DNA from: Endomicrobiia bacterium
GTDB taxonomy: Bacteria > Elusimicrobiota > Endomicrobiia > DTEH01
DNA: 64,000 nucleotides
Assembly (NCBI GenBank): GCA_039630545.1
Contig: JBCNUU010000002.1
Coordinates: forward strand, 127,994 to 191,993
Reading direction: 5' to 3'
The notes below the pieces were generated by a model, which was given only the letters and a program-made list of their open reading frames with translations, was not told where the DNA came from and searched no databases. Made by a program: the position numbers and the translations under genes. Positions 38,319 to 48,148 of the stretch are shown piece by piece. The first letter of the stretch is position 1. Each line of letters begins with the position of its first letter.

Positions 38319-39040
38319 GAAAAAATAAAAAATACGCTGCTTGTTGTTTTAGCGGAGGAAAAGATTCTACTTTAGCTTTATGGTATGCAATTAAATCATG
38401 TTATGATGTTAGATATCTTATAAATTTTGCATCCCTTAAATTTCGAAGAAGTTCATTTCATGGAGTACCCTGTGAACTTATAAATTTACAGGCTAAGCTC
38501 ATTGGTATTCCTCTGCTTCAGTATTTTGTCGAATCTGACAATGATTCCTATGAGAAAACATTTAACGAGATGCTTAAGAAATTAAAATCTTTGAAAATAA
38601 AGTATTTTATATGTGGTGATATATATTTAGAAGAACATCCTAACTGGATAAAAAAACAATGTAAAAAGTACAATTTAAAGTTAGTTGAACCTCTATGGAA
38701 AAAAAAACCAGAAGACATTTTAGAAGAATTTATTGAGAGTGGTTTTAAAGCTAAAGTTGTAAGTGTGAATGCTAAAGTTTTACCTAAAAATTTTGTAGGC
38801 GAAGATTTGAATTATGAATTTATTAAAAAACTTCAAAAATACAGAGTTTGTTTATGTGGAGAAAATGGCGAATATCATACTTTTGTGTATGATGGTCCCA
38901 TTTTTACTCATAAAATAGAAATTTTAGAGACAGAAATTGTGTACAAAAAAACTTTTTGGTCTGCCTGGTTTTTAAACATTAAAAAATATGCTTTAAAAAG
39001 TAAAAATTATGACGAAAGAAAAAATATCATACATAATTAA
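38315..39040 (+). CDS. Dph6/DUF71-family PP-loop ATP-dependent amide ligase
   Basis: Motifs FSGGKDS, GDIYLEEH, EPLW and CGENGEYHTFVYDGPIF. Confidence 0.9.
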   Translation: MRKNKKYAACCFSGGKDSTLALWYAIKSCYDVRYLINFASLKFRRSSFHGVPCELINLQAKLIGIPLLQYFVESDNDSYEKTFNEMLKKLKSLKIKYFICGDIYLEEHPNWIKKQCKKYNLKLVEPLWKKKPEDILEEFIESGFKAKVVSVNAKVLPKNFVGEDLNYEFIKKLQKYRVCLCGENGEYHTFVYDGPIFTHKIEILETEIVYKKTFWSAWFLNIKKYALKSKNYDERKNIIHN

Positions 39041-40097
39041 TTCTATATCTTTACCGGATTACTCTTTAATAAACAAAACCCAAAAATTACTGGATAATCT
39101 AACTAAACCTAAAAATTCTTTAGGTGATCTGGAAGAAATGGCAAAAAAAATAGCAGCAATTACAAATAATGTGGCACCGAAAATCAAAAAAAAGTATTTA
39201 TTTGTGTTAGCTGCTGACCACGGAGTAGCAGAAGAAAATGTTTCTGCATATCCGCAAGAGGTTACTTTTCAAATGGTTTTAAATTTTATTAAAAAAGGCG
39301 CAGCTATTAATGTTTTTACTGAACATACTGATACAAATATTTTTATAGTAGATATGGGTGTAAAAGGTGATTTTTCTTACTTAGAAAAAGAAGAAATTTT
39401 TGTTGATAAAAAAATAAATCCTGGAACAAAAAATTTCTTAAAAGAACCAGCTATGAGTAAAGATGAAGCAGAAAATGCCATATTATGTGGGATAGAGTTA
39501 GTTGAAAAAGTTTTAGATTTACATGATCCTGAAAATGGTGAAATTTTGTTGGTTGGAATTGGTGATATGGGTATAGGAAATACTACAACAGCTTCAGCTA
39601 TTACTGCTTTAATAACTAAAACAGAGGTTGAAAAAATAGTAGGTAGAGGAACTGGTGTGGATGATTTTAGATATAAAAACAAAATTGAAGTAATTAAAAA
39701 AGTCTTAAATAGATATGAATTTAACTTAAATGATGCGGTAGATATTCTTTCAAAAATAGGAGGATATGAAATTGCAGGAATGGTTGGTATAATTCTTGCT
39801 TGTGCCAGATATAAAATTCCTCTGGTTTTGGATGGATTTATTACAACTTCCGCAGCATTAGTTGCTTTATGTATGAGTGAGAAAATAAAAGAATATTTAT
39901 TCGCAGGACATCTTTCCAGAGAACCTGGTCATAGAATACAACTAGAATTTTTAGGTTTGAAACCTATTTTGAATCTTAATATGGCTTTAGGAGAAGGCAC
40001 GGGTGCTTGTTTAGCTATGGATATTTTAGAGCTTAGTTGTAAAATTTTACATGAAATGTCAACATTTGATGAAGCCAGAGTTTCAAGACAATTATGA
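39009..40097 (+). CDS. cobT: Nicotinate-nucleotide--dimethylbenzimidazole phosphoribosyltransferase
   Basis: Motifs LTKPKNSLGDLE, AADHGV, VSAYPQEVT, MGIGNTT and LGEGTGA. Confidence 0.96.
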   Translation: MTKEKISYIINSISLPDYSLINKTQKLLDNLTKPKNSLGDLEEMAKKIAAITNNVAPKIKKKYLFVLAADHGVAEENVSAYPQEVTFQMVLNFIKKGAAINVFTEHTDTNIFIVDMGVKGDFSYLEKEEIFVDKKINPGTKNFLKEPAMSKDEAENAILCGIELVEKVLDLHDPENGEILLVGIGDMGIGNTTTASAITALITKTEVEKIVGRGTGVDDFRYKNKIEVIKKVLNRYEFNLNDAVDILSKIGGYEIAGMVGIILACARYKIPLVLDGFITTSAALVALCMSEKIKEYLFAGHLSREPGHRIQLEFLGLKPILNLNMALGEGTGACLAMDILELSCKILHEMSTFDEARVSRQL

Positions 40098-40834
40098 AAA
40101 AAGTTTTGGATTTGTTTTTAAATACAATAAGTTTTTTGACTATAATTCCTATAAAAAGCAAAAAATTAGAGCATTATGGTTATTTGCTTTATATATTTTT
40201 CCCAGCAGTTGGATTAATCATAGGACTTCTATGTATAGGAATTTTAAAATTACTTGAAGAGTTTCTAAATTCAAAAGAGCTAGTAGTATTTTTTTTATTA
40301 TTTTTTTATATTGTCTTAGCAGATTTTTTTCATCTGGATGGATTTGCAGATACAATCGATGCTCTTTATGGATTTATCTTAAACAAGGAACCAAAAAAAA
40401 TCTTAAAAGATCCTCACATAGGTGCAATGGCTGTAGTTTATTTAGTGATGATTTTGTTGTATAAATTTTTTATTCTAAAACACATTAAAAATTTAGAGAC
40501 GGCAATATTGATTTCTTCTGTTATTAGTAGATGGAGTATGAGTGTAGCGGGTTTTTATGGAGTAGCAATGGAAGATTCTTTTGTTGGGAAAAGTTTTATA
40601 TATAGAGACTTAAAAGTACTCATCTTTAGTTTAGTTTCTGCATTTTTTTTATGTTTTATTTTTTTTGCTAATTCCATCTTTTTGTTGTTTATGTTTTTTT
40701 GTTCTTATTTGATAACATTCCTTGTTGTAAAATTCTTTAACCATAAATTCAGTGGTATTAATGGGGATATAATAGGATTTTGTAGTGAAGTGGTAGAGAT
40801 TTTAATTTTGTTGATGTTTTTTATAGGAGATTAA
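40094..40834 (+). CDS. cobS: Cobalamin synthase
   Basis: Motifs FLTIIP, FFPAVG, HLDGFADTID, KDPHIGA, SRW and GINGDIIG. Confidence 0.93.
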   Translation: MKKVLDLFLNTISFLTIIPIKSKKLEHYGYLLYIFFPAVGLIIGLLCIGILKLLEEFLNSKELVVFFLLFFYIVLADFFHLDGFADTIDALYGFILNKEPKKILKDPHIGAMAVVYLVMILLYKFFILKHIKNLETAILISSVISRWSMSVAGFYGVAMEDSFVGKSFIYRDLKVLIFSLVSAFFLCFIFFANSIFLLFMFFCSYLITFLVVKFFNHKFSGINGDIIGFCSEVVEILILLMFFIGD

Positions 40835-40850
40835 AGTTATGAAAATAGAG

Positions 40851-40964
40851 TTGAAATTATAAAAAAGACCGGTAGAAGAAAGTGGAGGCAAGTAGCTGGT
40901 AGTAAAAAATTATAAAAAATCCACTTTATCTACCGGTCTACTGTTTTTATATTATTAATTTCAA
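40851..40964. repeat. Long imperfect inverted repeat between cobS and btuB
   Basis: AGACCGGTAGAAGAAAGTGGA (40866-40886) pairs with TCCACTTTATCTACCGGTCT (40920-40939); outer arms TTGAAATTA/TAATTTCAA. Confidence 0.8.
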
Positions 40965-41014
40965 AATTTCAATTTTTAAAAAGATAATATAATTAGCGCG
41001 GGAGGGAACTTATT

Positions 41015-42898
41015 ATGAAAAAAATTTTGAAGTATCAAAATGTGTTAATGTATTATATTAACATACTTTTATTTTCATCTCTAACTTTCTGTAAAGAGGA
41101 AATTTTTATATCTGTTATAAAAGAAGGTATAAAAGAACAATTTATACCTTCTAATGCAATAATCATTACACAGAAAGATATTGAAAAAACATCTGCAAAA
41201 AATCTTGGAGAATTGTTAGATATGTTGACTGTATATGATTTATCTCACTATAGTGGTTTAGGAAGCGAGAAATCTTTGAGATTAAGAAATTCTACATCAA
41301 ACCAAGTTTTAGTTTTAATAAATGGTATACCAATAAGTGGACCAGCAAAAGGAAGTTTCAATTTGTCTCTTATTCCTGTGGAAGTTATAGAAAAAATTGA
41401 AATTTTAAGCGGAAGCTCATCTGGCCTATATGGAGCTAATGCTGTTGCTGGAGTTATAAATATAATTACTAAAACTTCATCTAAGATACATCCTGAGGTT
41501 TATTCTTGTTTTTCGTATGGAAGTTTTAATACTTATGGTACAACAGCTGAGTTTGATTATGTTAAAGATGCATATGGTATAAAGATTCTAGCTTCAGGCA
41601 TTCATTCAGATGGTTGGAGAGAAAACTCAAAATATGATAGTATTTCTGGGTATGGAAAGTTTTCAAAACAGACTCTTTATGGTAAAGTTGATTTTGAAAT
41701 TTTAACAAAAGATTCAAAGTCAGGAATTCCTGGGATAAGTCCTTTACCTATGGAACAATGGGACGGAGAAAAAGAAAAGCAGGCTTCAACTCCTTATGCT
41801 TTAGAATATGATAATTTTAGTTTGTTTTCTTTGAACTTTAATAATAAACTTATAACTTCAAAGTTAAGTTATGACATTCGAAAGTTAATATATGACAACT
41901 CAAAGGATCCTTTATGGCCTGAGAAAACTGATTCTAACTTAAATACTATAAATTTCTTAAATGAAATTGCTTTGCCATATAAAATTTATGTTTCTTTAAA
42001 CTACACTTATACTTTATTAAATCAGCAGTATCCATTAAATTCAAATCATAATTTTAAAAAAGATGTTTCAAATTTAAGTTTAGGATTAAAGAAAGAATTA
42101 AATTTTGAAAGTTTTAACTTTATACCGATATTTAGGTGGGACTCTAATTCTATATTTGGTAACAAAGTTTCACCACAACTTATATTTGTGTATGGACTTA
42201 AAAATTTAAAGTTTACCTTAACAGCAGGAACTTCCTGGCGTGCTCCTACTTTTCTGGATTTATATTGGCCGGACCAAATCTGGGCTAAAGGAAATCCTGA
42301 TTTAAAACCAGAAGATTCTTATTCTTTAGATTTTGCTTTTGAATTCAAACCTGAGAAGTTCAGAGTATCTATCAATCCATTCTATAGATATATAAGAAAT
42401 CAGATAAGGTGGTATCCAGAGAATCCTCAAGATATGTTTTCTGCCTGGATACCTTCTAATGTGGACGAAACAGTAGCTCAAGGAGTGGAAATAAACTCAG
42501 AATTTTCGGTAAGGAATATTTTTATAAATAAAGTTTCGGTTTTGTTGTGTGACAATAGAATAAAGAAAAAAGGAGAAGAAGATAAAGGTTGGCAAAAGCA
42601 GGCATATTCTCCTTTAGTCTCTGCGGTTTATAATTTTGAAGTTTTACTTCCTTATAGCTTTAAACTCGCAAATGTTATAAAGTATGTAGATTCTCAATAT
42701 TCAAGAGATTCAGAGTCAGGTACCAAACTTAAAAGCTTTATTTTATGGGACATAAAATTTTCAAAAAATATTTTTAATTTTTTAGATTTATACTTACAAG
42801 CTAAAGATGTTTTAGACCAGAAAGGAGTAAACAGAGAAGCTTATCCTCAACCTGGAAGAAGTTATGAGTGTGGATTTTGTTTAAATGTTAAATTTTGA
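41015..42898 (+). CDS. btuB: TonB-dependent receptor, probably the B12 transporter
   Basis: Plug motifs VLVLINGIP and IEKIEILSG...LYGANAVAGVINIIT; barrel motifs RAPTFLDLY and GNPDLKPE; terminal Phe; GGAGG SD; B12 operon context. Confidence 0.85.
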   Translation: MKKILKYQNVLMYYINILLFSSLTFCKEEIFISVIKEGIKEQFIPSNAIIITQKDIEKTSAKNLGELLDMLTVYDLSHYSGLGSEKSLRLRNSTSNQVLVLINGIPISGPAKGSFNLSLIPVEVIEKIEILSGSSSGLYGANAVAGVINIITKTSSKIHPEVYSCFSYGSFNTYGTTAEFDYVKDAYGIKILASGIHSDGWRENSKYDSISGYGKFSKQTLYGKVDFEILTKDSKSGIPGISPLPMEQWDGEKEKQASTPYALEYDNFSLFSLNFNNKLITSKLSYDIRKLIYDNSKDPLWPEKTDSNLNTINFLNEIALPYKIYVSLNYTYTLLNQQYPLNSNHNFKKDVSNLSLGLKKELNFESFNFIPIFRWDSNSIFGNKVSPQLIFVYGLKNLKFTLTAGTSWRAPTFLDLYWPDQIWAKGNPDLKPEDSYSLDFAFEFKPEKFRVSINPFYRYIRNQIRWYPENPQDMFSAWIPSNVDETVAQGVEINSEFSVRNIFINKVSVLLCDNRIKKKGEEDKGWQKQAYSPLVSAVYNFEVLLPYSFKLANVIKYVDSQYSRDSESGTKLKSFILWDIKFSKNIFNFLDLYLQAKDVLDQKGVNREAYPQPGRSYECGFCLNVKF

Positions 42899-42973
42899 TT
42901 TTTAGCATTTATATATTTTATAAGTTTTAAAGTGAGGTTGACTTATATGTAGAAATTATATATATACTTAATA

Positions 42974-45900
42974 ATGGGAAAATTTTTTAAAAAAAAACCT
43001 GTATTGGTATATTTAGTTTGTGTTTTTATTAAAACGTATGGGTTTAGTTTAAACTGGACAGAGAATACAAAGCAGCATTTTGAAGATGGTTTTTTTTATA
43101 GATCTACTGTTACTGCAGATGGAAAACTAAAAGTAAAACAATGGGATGATTGGTGGAACACTGCCTGGCCCCAAAGGATTCCGATAGAAATAAATAATTT
43201 AAATAATCCAGAAGAACTATTGGATTATCAGATATGGTTTATTTTTAACTCATCTGCTTTAGTAAGTGCAGGTAAATTAGACTCTACTGGTTCTTCTATT
43301 CGTATAACAGCCTCAGATGGAAAAACACTTCTTCCTTTCTGGGTTGAAAGTTGGAACATTGTGTCCTCTACCGGGTCAAAAATATGGGTAAGGGTTCCTA
43401 GAATTCCTGCAGACTCTAAAACCTATATTTATATGTATATTAGAAATACTTCTACTAATTCTGTGTCTAATAGAGATGCTGTTTTTGACCTATATGAGGA
43501 TTGGGAATCAGGCAGAATAAGATCTCGGACTTTCTGGTCTGAAACTGGTTGGATTTTGGGCGGAAATGCTAATTTTGAAATTCATACATCAACAGATTTG
43601 ATATACAACTTTAAAACTCAATCAAATGAGAACTTCAATGTATTTGAAGGACACTATGCTGTGCGTTCAGGACTGATTACGCATTCTCAAAATTTATTTC
43701 TTCAAACAATTTTAGATTTAAATTATCCAGCTAGAATTGAATTTTACTGGGCTTGTTTTTCTGAAGGCAGCAATTATGACTATTTAAGTTTTTATATTGG
43801 TGCAGTAGAGCAGGGAAGAATTCAAGGTGAGGCAGGATGGACTTTTGCTGCATTTTATCTTCCATCAGGAATAAATAATCTAAGGTGGGAATACAAAAAA
43901 GATCCTTCAGGAACGACACACTATGATAGAGGATTTTTAGATAAAATCGTTGTAAGAAAATATAACTCTTTATTTGACTCACAAATTCAGCAAAGAGTAA
44001 CACTGCAATCCATAGAAGAGTATTCTCCTTATTATAGATATGCTGAATATTACTCTGAAGTTTTTGACACAAAAGGAGAAAATACATTGGTAGTTTTTGC
44101 TTCCTGGACAGAAGTTTTAAATGGGCAGACTGTTAAAATTTATGCAAGAAGTAGCGATGAGTATTTTACAATTTTAAGCACATATCCTCGATTTACAGTT
44201 ACTGAACGGACTAATATTTTTAATCCTGCAGGGATACTCCCAGCTGGGAGATATTTACAGTATAAAGTAGAATTTTATACAAATGGTACAACCACATCTG
44301 AGGTGTCAGACATAAATTTCACATATCTACCTTTACCTTTAAGAGCTTATGAGTTTAACGGAGTAGCTTTGTCTTCAACTTCAATAAAGTGGAGCTGGGT
44401 AAATAGAGCCACTTATTACATAGATGGTTATATTATCTATTCTTCAACACGACAATATAATAAGGACGGAAGATATCTTGTAGTAACTTCTACTTCTGAA
44501 GGAATTTTGGCTCGTCTGCCTTCTTCTGCTACTTACTGGATAGAGGAAAATCTACAACCTAACACACAATATGGAAGGTATGTGGTAGCCTACACTACCA
44601 CAATTGTGGCTTTTGGAGGTAATGCTTCAAGAAGTATTACTGGTAGAGATGAACCAAGATATGTTTACACCTTAGCATTGTCTCCGAGTTGTAAACCAGA
44701 AAGATATGAAATGACAACCATACCTCCTTATTACAGATTTGTTGAAATTTCGACTGGTGTATGGTATAACACAAAAGAATTTTCGTTTACTTCTGCTTTT
44801 TCTACAGGTCCAGGTAGGGTAGCGTACTACCGGTATGTGTTTACAACAACTTCTACCTGGAATGATTCTGAAGCCTATGTATGGTATCCAAATTCTTCTA
44901 CATATATTACAGGCGGTGGAGAACAGATCTTAGAACGCCCAATTTTGGAACTCTTTGCTACAAAAAATTCAGATAATTGGTATTTTCAGGTAAAAAGCTA
45001 CAATGGTGACAATTTAGAATCAGGTTATCAAATTTTTGGTCCTTTTTGGTTCAATGGATGTCCTGCACAGATTACAGATCTTGTAGCAGTTAGAGGTAAA
45101 TTTGAAGAGGGTAAAATAGTTTTAAACTGGACAGCACCTACAGATGATGCAGAGGTAGGCAATTTAATAGGTGCAAAATATATTATCAAATATCGTATAG
45201 CAGGAATAATAGATACGGATGAGAAATTTGATTCTATTGTGCCAGTAGTTACTTCCACTGGAATGGTTCAGGGAATAATAGAAATATCTACTACTACACA
45301 AGCAGGTAATAAAGAAACCTTTGTAGTAAGCGGACTTGTACCGGGTTTGACTTATTGGTTTGCTATCCGTGTAGTAGATAATAATAACAATAAATCATTA
45401 GTATCTACAAATATTAGTAGTATTTATTATTTAAGAGCAAGAAGTTCAAAAGTTTCTAAAATAGAGTTTGTAACACCTTCATACACATTTTATGCAGGTG
45501 ACGTTTCTGCAAAAATAGAAGTAAGACTTTTAGATGAAGATGGTGATGAGATTAAAACAAAATTTGGTGGAGAATGTGATTTGTTAACAACTTCTTCTAA
45601 AGGTAGGTTTTCTTTAGATGGGGTTAACTTTGGAATAAGTAAACTTAATATTTTACCAAATACTTCTCGCGGTGTATTTTATTATATGGATGAACAATCC
45701 GGCAATCCAGAGATTACAGTGGATGAAGTAGCTGCTATTTATTACTGGAATGGTTCCCAGGGGTGGATGAGTTCATCTCAAATTCATGAAATTCTTCCTG
45801 GTAAAGCGGTAACATTTAGAGTTATTCCTCAGGATGGGAATTATAACTGTCAAATAGTAGTGGACAAACCAGTTTATATTGAAGCTGTAGATAAATTAGG

Positions 45901-48145
45901 CAATCGTGCTGTAGATTTTGAGGGAGTAGTGGTTGTCACAACTTCTTTTAATGGGTTGTTTATTTTTCCTTACAGTGTAACATTCACATTAGCAGACCAA
46001 GGACGAGTAAATGCTGTTTTAAGAAACTACTACTATGCAGGTGCAAGCAGTATAACTGTTTTTGAAGTGGTAAATCAAGACTACAAAAAAATTATTTTTA
46101 GTGATTTTTATAACGGATATCTAATAGGCTCTAAAGGTATTTTAAAAGCAACCTCTGAAGGAGGTATAAGATGGTTTACTAAAATTTACAGAGATGAAAC
46201 AGCAAAAGCTCTAAATGGTATAGCTGTACATGAAAATCTTGGAGTTTTATGTGGGAAAAACGGACTTGTGATTATTTCTACGAACTCTTTTTTAACCTAT
46301 GATGAAAAAAATGTTTCCTCTGTAGATTTAAATGATGTAGTTTTTGTTGACAGTACAACCTTGGTGGTATGTGGATCAGGAGGTGCAATTTTAAAATCAA
46401 CAGATTGTGGTAAAAGCTTTCATACTATTTCTTCACCGATAAATGTTTCTTTAAATTCTATAGTTTTTGTTTCAAGTACAACAGGTTTTATTTGTGGTGA
46501 CAATGGTAAACTAATTAAAACTACAAATAAAGCAATAAGTTTTGAAGAAATTTCTACGCCGGTTTCTAATAATCTTTACGGAATGAAATTTTTAGATGAA
46601 CAGACAGGTTTTATATGTGGTAGTAGTTCAATTTTACTTAAAACTGAAGATGGTGCTAGAAGTTTTATCAGTGTAACTGTTTCTACAGAGAATATTAGTT
46701 TATATGGTGTAGATTTTCTTACTTCTCAAATTGGTGTGGTATGTGGTTCATCTGGTAAAGTGTTTATTACCACCAACTCAGCAACGAGTTTCTATGACAT
46801 TTCTCCTAAGGAAGCACAAAATGAAATTTTTTATTCTATTAAAATGCTAGACTTAAATAAAATAATAGTTGTGGGAAGCAATGGAAGTGTTTACTTTACA
46901 GCTGACAGAGGTATAAATTGGAGAAAAATTGTAATGCATGGATTTTCTCCTCAAGAGTATTTGTGGAATGCTACTGTTATTTCGTCCATTCAACCACGTG
47001 CTTCAAAGGTGATTCAAGGAAGAGCAAATCAAACAATAGCTACTTTAGGTATTAGATACGCTTATCCATCAGCAGTTACTACGAAAATTAATAAGTTAAC
47101 AGTAAGGAAATTGGGTACTCTTCCTGATGAATATATTACTTCTATAAAATTAGGTGAACTTGGAACAGCAAGTTTTATAAACGGAGTTGCTGAGATATTG
47201 CTTCCATCTCAGCCTATAATAAGATATACTACATCCTATTTTGATGTTCAAATAGACCTTTCACCAGAGGCTCCGTTAGACACGACTTTTGCTTTAATGT
47301 TTGATTTTGGATGTATAAATGTTGCTCAAGGAATACAGTTTGGTAGAAATAATCTGCCGTATATAACCTATAAGGATACCTCTACACTGGAGTATTTAGT
47401 AGTAGTTCCTCCGGTAGTAAACGTCTACATAATAGACATAGATACTTCTACATATCTAAGAACATATACTGGTTTTCAAAAAACAAAAATACTGGAACAA
47501 GGAGACAGCGGGGTAATAATAAAAATCGGTTTAACAACTGACAGGTCTATTTCTCCATTTAGAAAACTTCGTGTAAATCTTTCAGGTGATAATTTAAGAG
47601 ATGAGGATATAAAAGTAGTAAAACTTTATGTGGATTATCCTTTTATTGAAGAAAATATGGTTTCTTCTTCAACATTTAAAGGAGGCATAGCTTTTCTTGA
47701 TTTTAAGAAAGAGCAAATTATTTCTGATAAAGCTACTAGTTATTTCTATATTACAGCAGAAATTTCTCCTGACGCTTCTTATTCCAGAGATCTTACAGAA
47801 GTAAACTTTTTATTTAAAATAGATATATCAACTTCTTATTTCTTGTTAGATCATGAAGGAGTCAATACGATCTCTTCTAGATTAACTTATTTACAAAAAG
47901 AGATAACCTCAACAAAAACCCGTATAGAAATTTCAAAAGATATTGTTTATGTAAGAATATTACCAGAAATAGCGGCAAGAATTCCTGAAAAAGTTTATCA
48001 ATCTGAAAGAGTGATTTTTTTACCTTTAGGAATTTCTGTGGGCAAACGTGGTTTAGGAGTTGCTTCTGCTGATTGGTCAAGGTTAAGAATAGATAAATCC
48101 ACACAAGCATCAGATAGTTATACTCGTTTTGATAGAAGTTCCTAG
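42974..48145 (+). CDS. Giant secreted protein, N-terminal part (DUF2341-like, FN3-like, BNR/YCF48-type propeller and Ig-like repeats); ends at an in-frame TAG
   Basis: Signal peptide; WWNTAW..RIPI...LPFWVESW...IWVRVP; LNWTAP...GLVPGLTYWFAIR; several L..V.F....G..CG..G....T repeats. Confidence 0.85.
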   Translation: MGKFFKKKPVLVYLVCVFIKTYGFSLNWTENTKQHFEDGFFYRSTVTADGKLKVKQWDDWWNTAWPQRIPIEINNLNNPEELLDYQIWFIFNSSALVSAGKLDSTGSSIRITASDGKTLLPFWVESWNIVSSTGSKIWVRVPRIPADSKTYIYMYIRNTSTNSVSNRDAVFDLYEDWESGRIRSRTFWSETGWILGGNANFEIHTSTDLIYNFKTQSNENFNVFEGHYAVRSGLITHSQNLFLQTILDLNYPARIEFYWACFSEGSNYDYLSFYIGAVEQGRIQGEAGWTFAAFYLPSGINNLRWEYKKDPSGTTHYDRGFLDKIVVRKYNSLFDSQIQQRVTLQSIEEYSPYYRYAEYYSEVFDTKGENTLVVFASWTEVLNGQTVKIYARSSDEYFTILSTYPRFTVTERTNIFNPAGILPAGRYLQYKVEFYTNGTTTSEVSDINFTYLPLPLRAYEFNGVALSSTSIKWSWVNRATYYIDGYIIYSSTRQYNKDGRYLVVTSTSEGILARLPSSATYWIEENLQPNTQYGRYVVAYTTTIVAFGGNASRSITGRDEPRYVYTLALSPSCKPERYEMTTIPPYYRFVEISTGVWYNTKEFSFTSAFSTGPGRVAYYRYVFTTTSTWNDSEAYVWYPNSSTYITGGGEQILERPILELFATKNSDNWYFQVKSYNGDNLESGYQIFGPFWFNGCPAQITDLVAVRGKFEEGKIVLNWTAPTDDAEVGNLIGAKYIIKYRIAGIIDTDEKFDSIVPVVTSTGMVQGIIEISTTTQAGNKETFVVSGLVPGLTYWFAIRVVDNNNNKSLVSTNISSIYYLRARSSKVSKIEFVTPSYTFYAGDVSAKIEVRLLDEDGDEIKTKFGGECDLLTTSSKGRFSLDGVNFGISKLNILPNTSRGVFYYMDEQSGNPEITVDEVAAIYYWNGSQGWMSSSQIHEILPGKAVTFRVIPQDGNYNCQIVVDKPVYIEAVDKLGNRAVDFEGVVVVTTSFNGLFIFPYSVTFTLADQGRVNAVLRNYYYAGASSITVFEVVNQDYKKIIFSDFYNGYLIGSKGILKATSEGGIRWFTKIYRDETAKALNGIAVHENLGVLCGKNGLVIISTNSFLTYDEKNVSSVDLNDVVFVDSTTLVVCGSGGAILKSTDCGKSFHTISSPINVSLNSIVFVSSTTGFICGDNGKLIKTTNKAISFEEISTPVSNNLYGMKFLDEQTGFICGSSSILLKTEDGARSFISVTVSTENISLYGVDFLTSQIGVVCGSSGKVFITTNSATSFYDISPKEAQNEIFYSIKMLDLNKIIVVGSNGSVYFTADRGINWRKIVMHGFSPQEYLWNATVISSIQPRASKVIQGRANQTIATLGIRYAYPSAVTTKINKLTVRKLGTLPDEYITSIKLGELGTASFINGVAEILLPSQPIIRYTTSYFDVQIDLSPEAPLDTTFALMFDFGCINVAQGIQFGRNNLPYITYKDTSTLEYLVVVPPVVNVYIIDIDTSTYLRTYTGFQKTKILEQGDSGVIIKIGLTTDRSISPFRKLRVNLSGDNLRDEDIKVVKLYVDYPFIEENMVSSSTFKGGIAFLDFKKEQIISDKATSYFYITAEISPDASYSRDLTEVNFLFKIDISTSYFLLDHEGVNTISSRLTYLQKEITSTKTRIEISKDIVYVRILPEIAARIPEKVYQSERVIFLPLGISVGKRGLGVASADWSRLRIDKSTQASDSYTRFDRSS

Positions 48146-48148
48146 ACT

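Noticed and set aside
38315..39040. Diphthamide pathway or archaeal contig
   Set aside because: All neighbouring genes are bacterial, and no other dph genes are present.
40835..41014. Second cobalamin riboswitch before btuB
   Set aside because: Lacks the ordered GGGAA / T-loop / GCAAC-G / B12-box elements; only an inverted repeat is supported.
46080..46930. Photosystem II assembly factor YCF48
   Set aside because: Generic BNR-type propeller repeats inside a large surface protein; no photosynthesis genes.
48143..48145. Genome-wide TAG reassignment
   Set aside because: TAG ends uppP, rpsA, the TPR gene, dprA, lpxD and accB at plausible family C-termini, often just before the next start.
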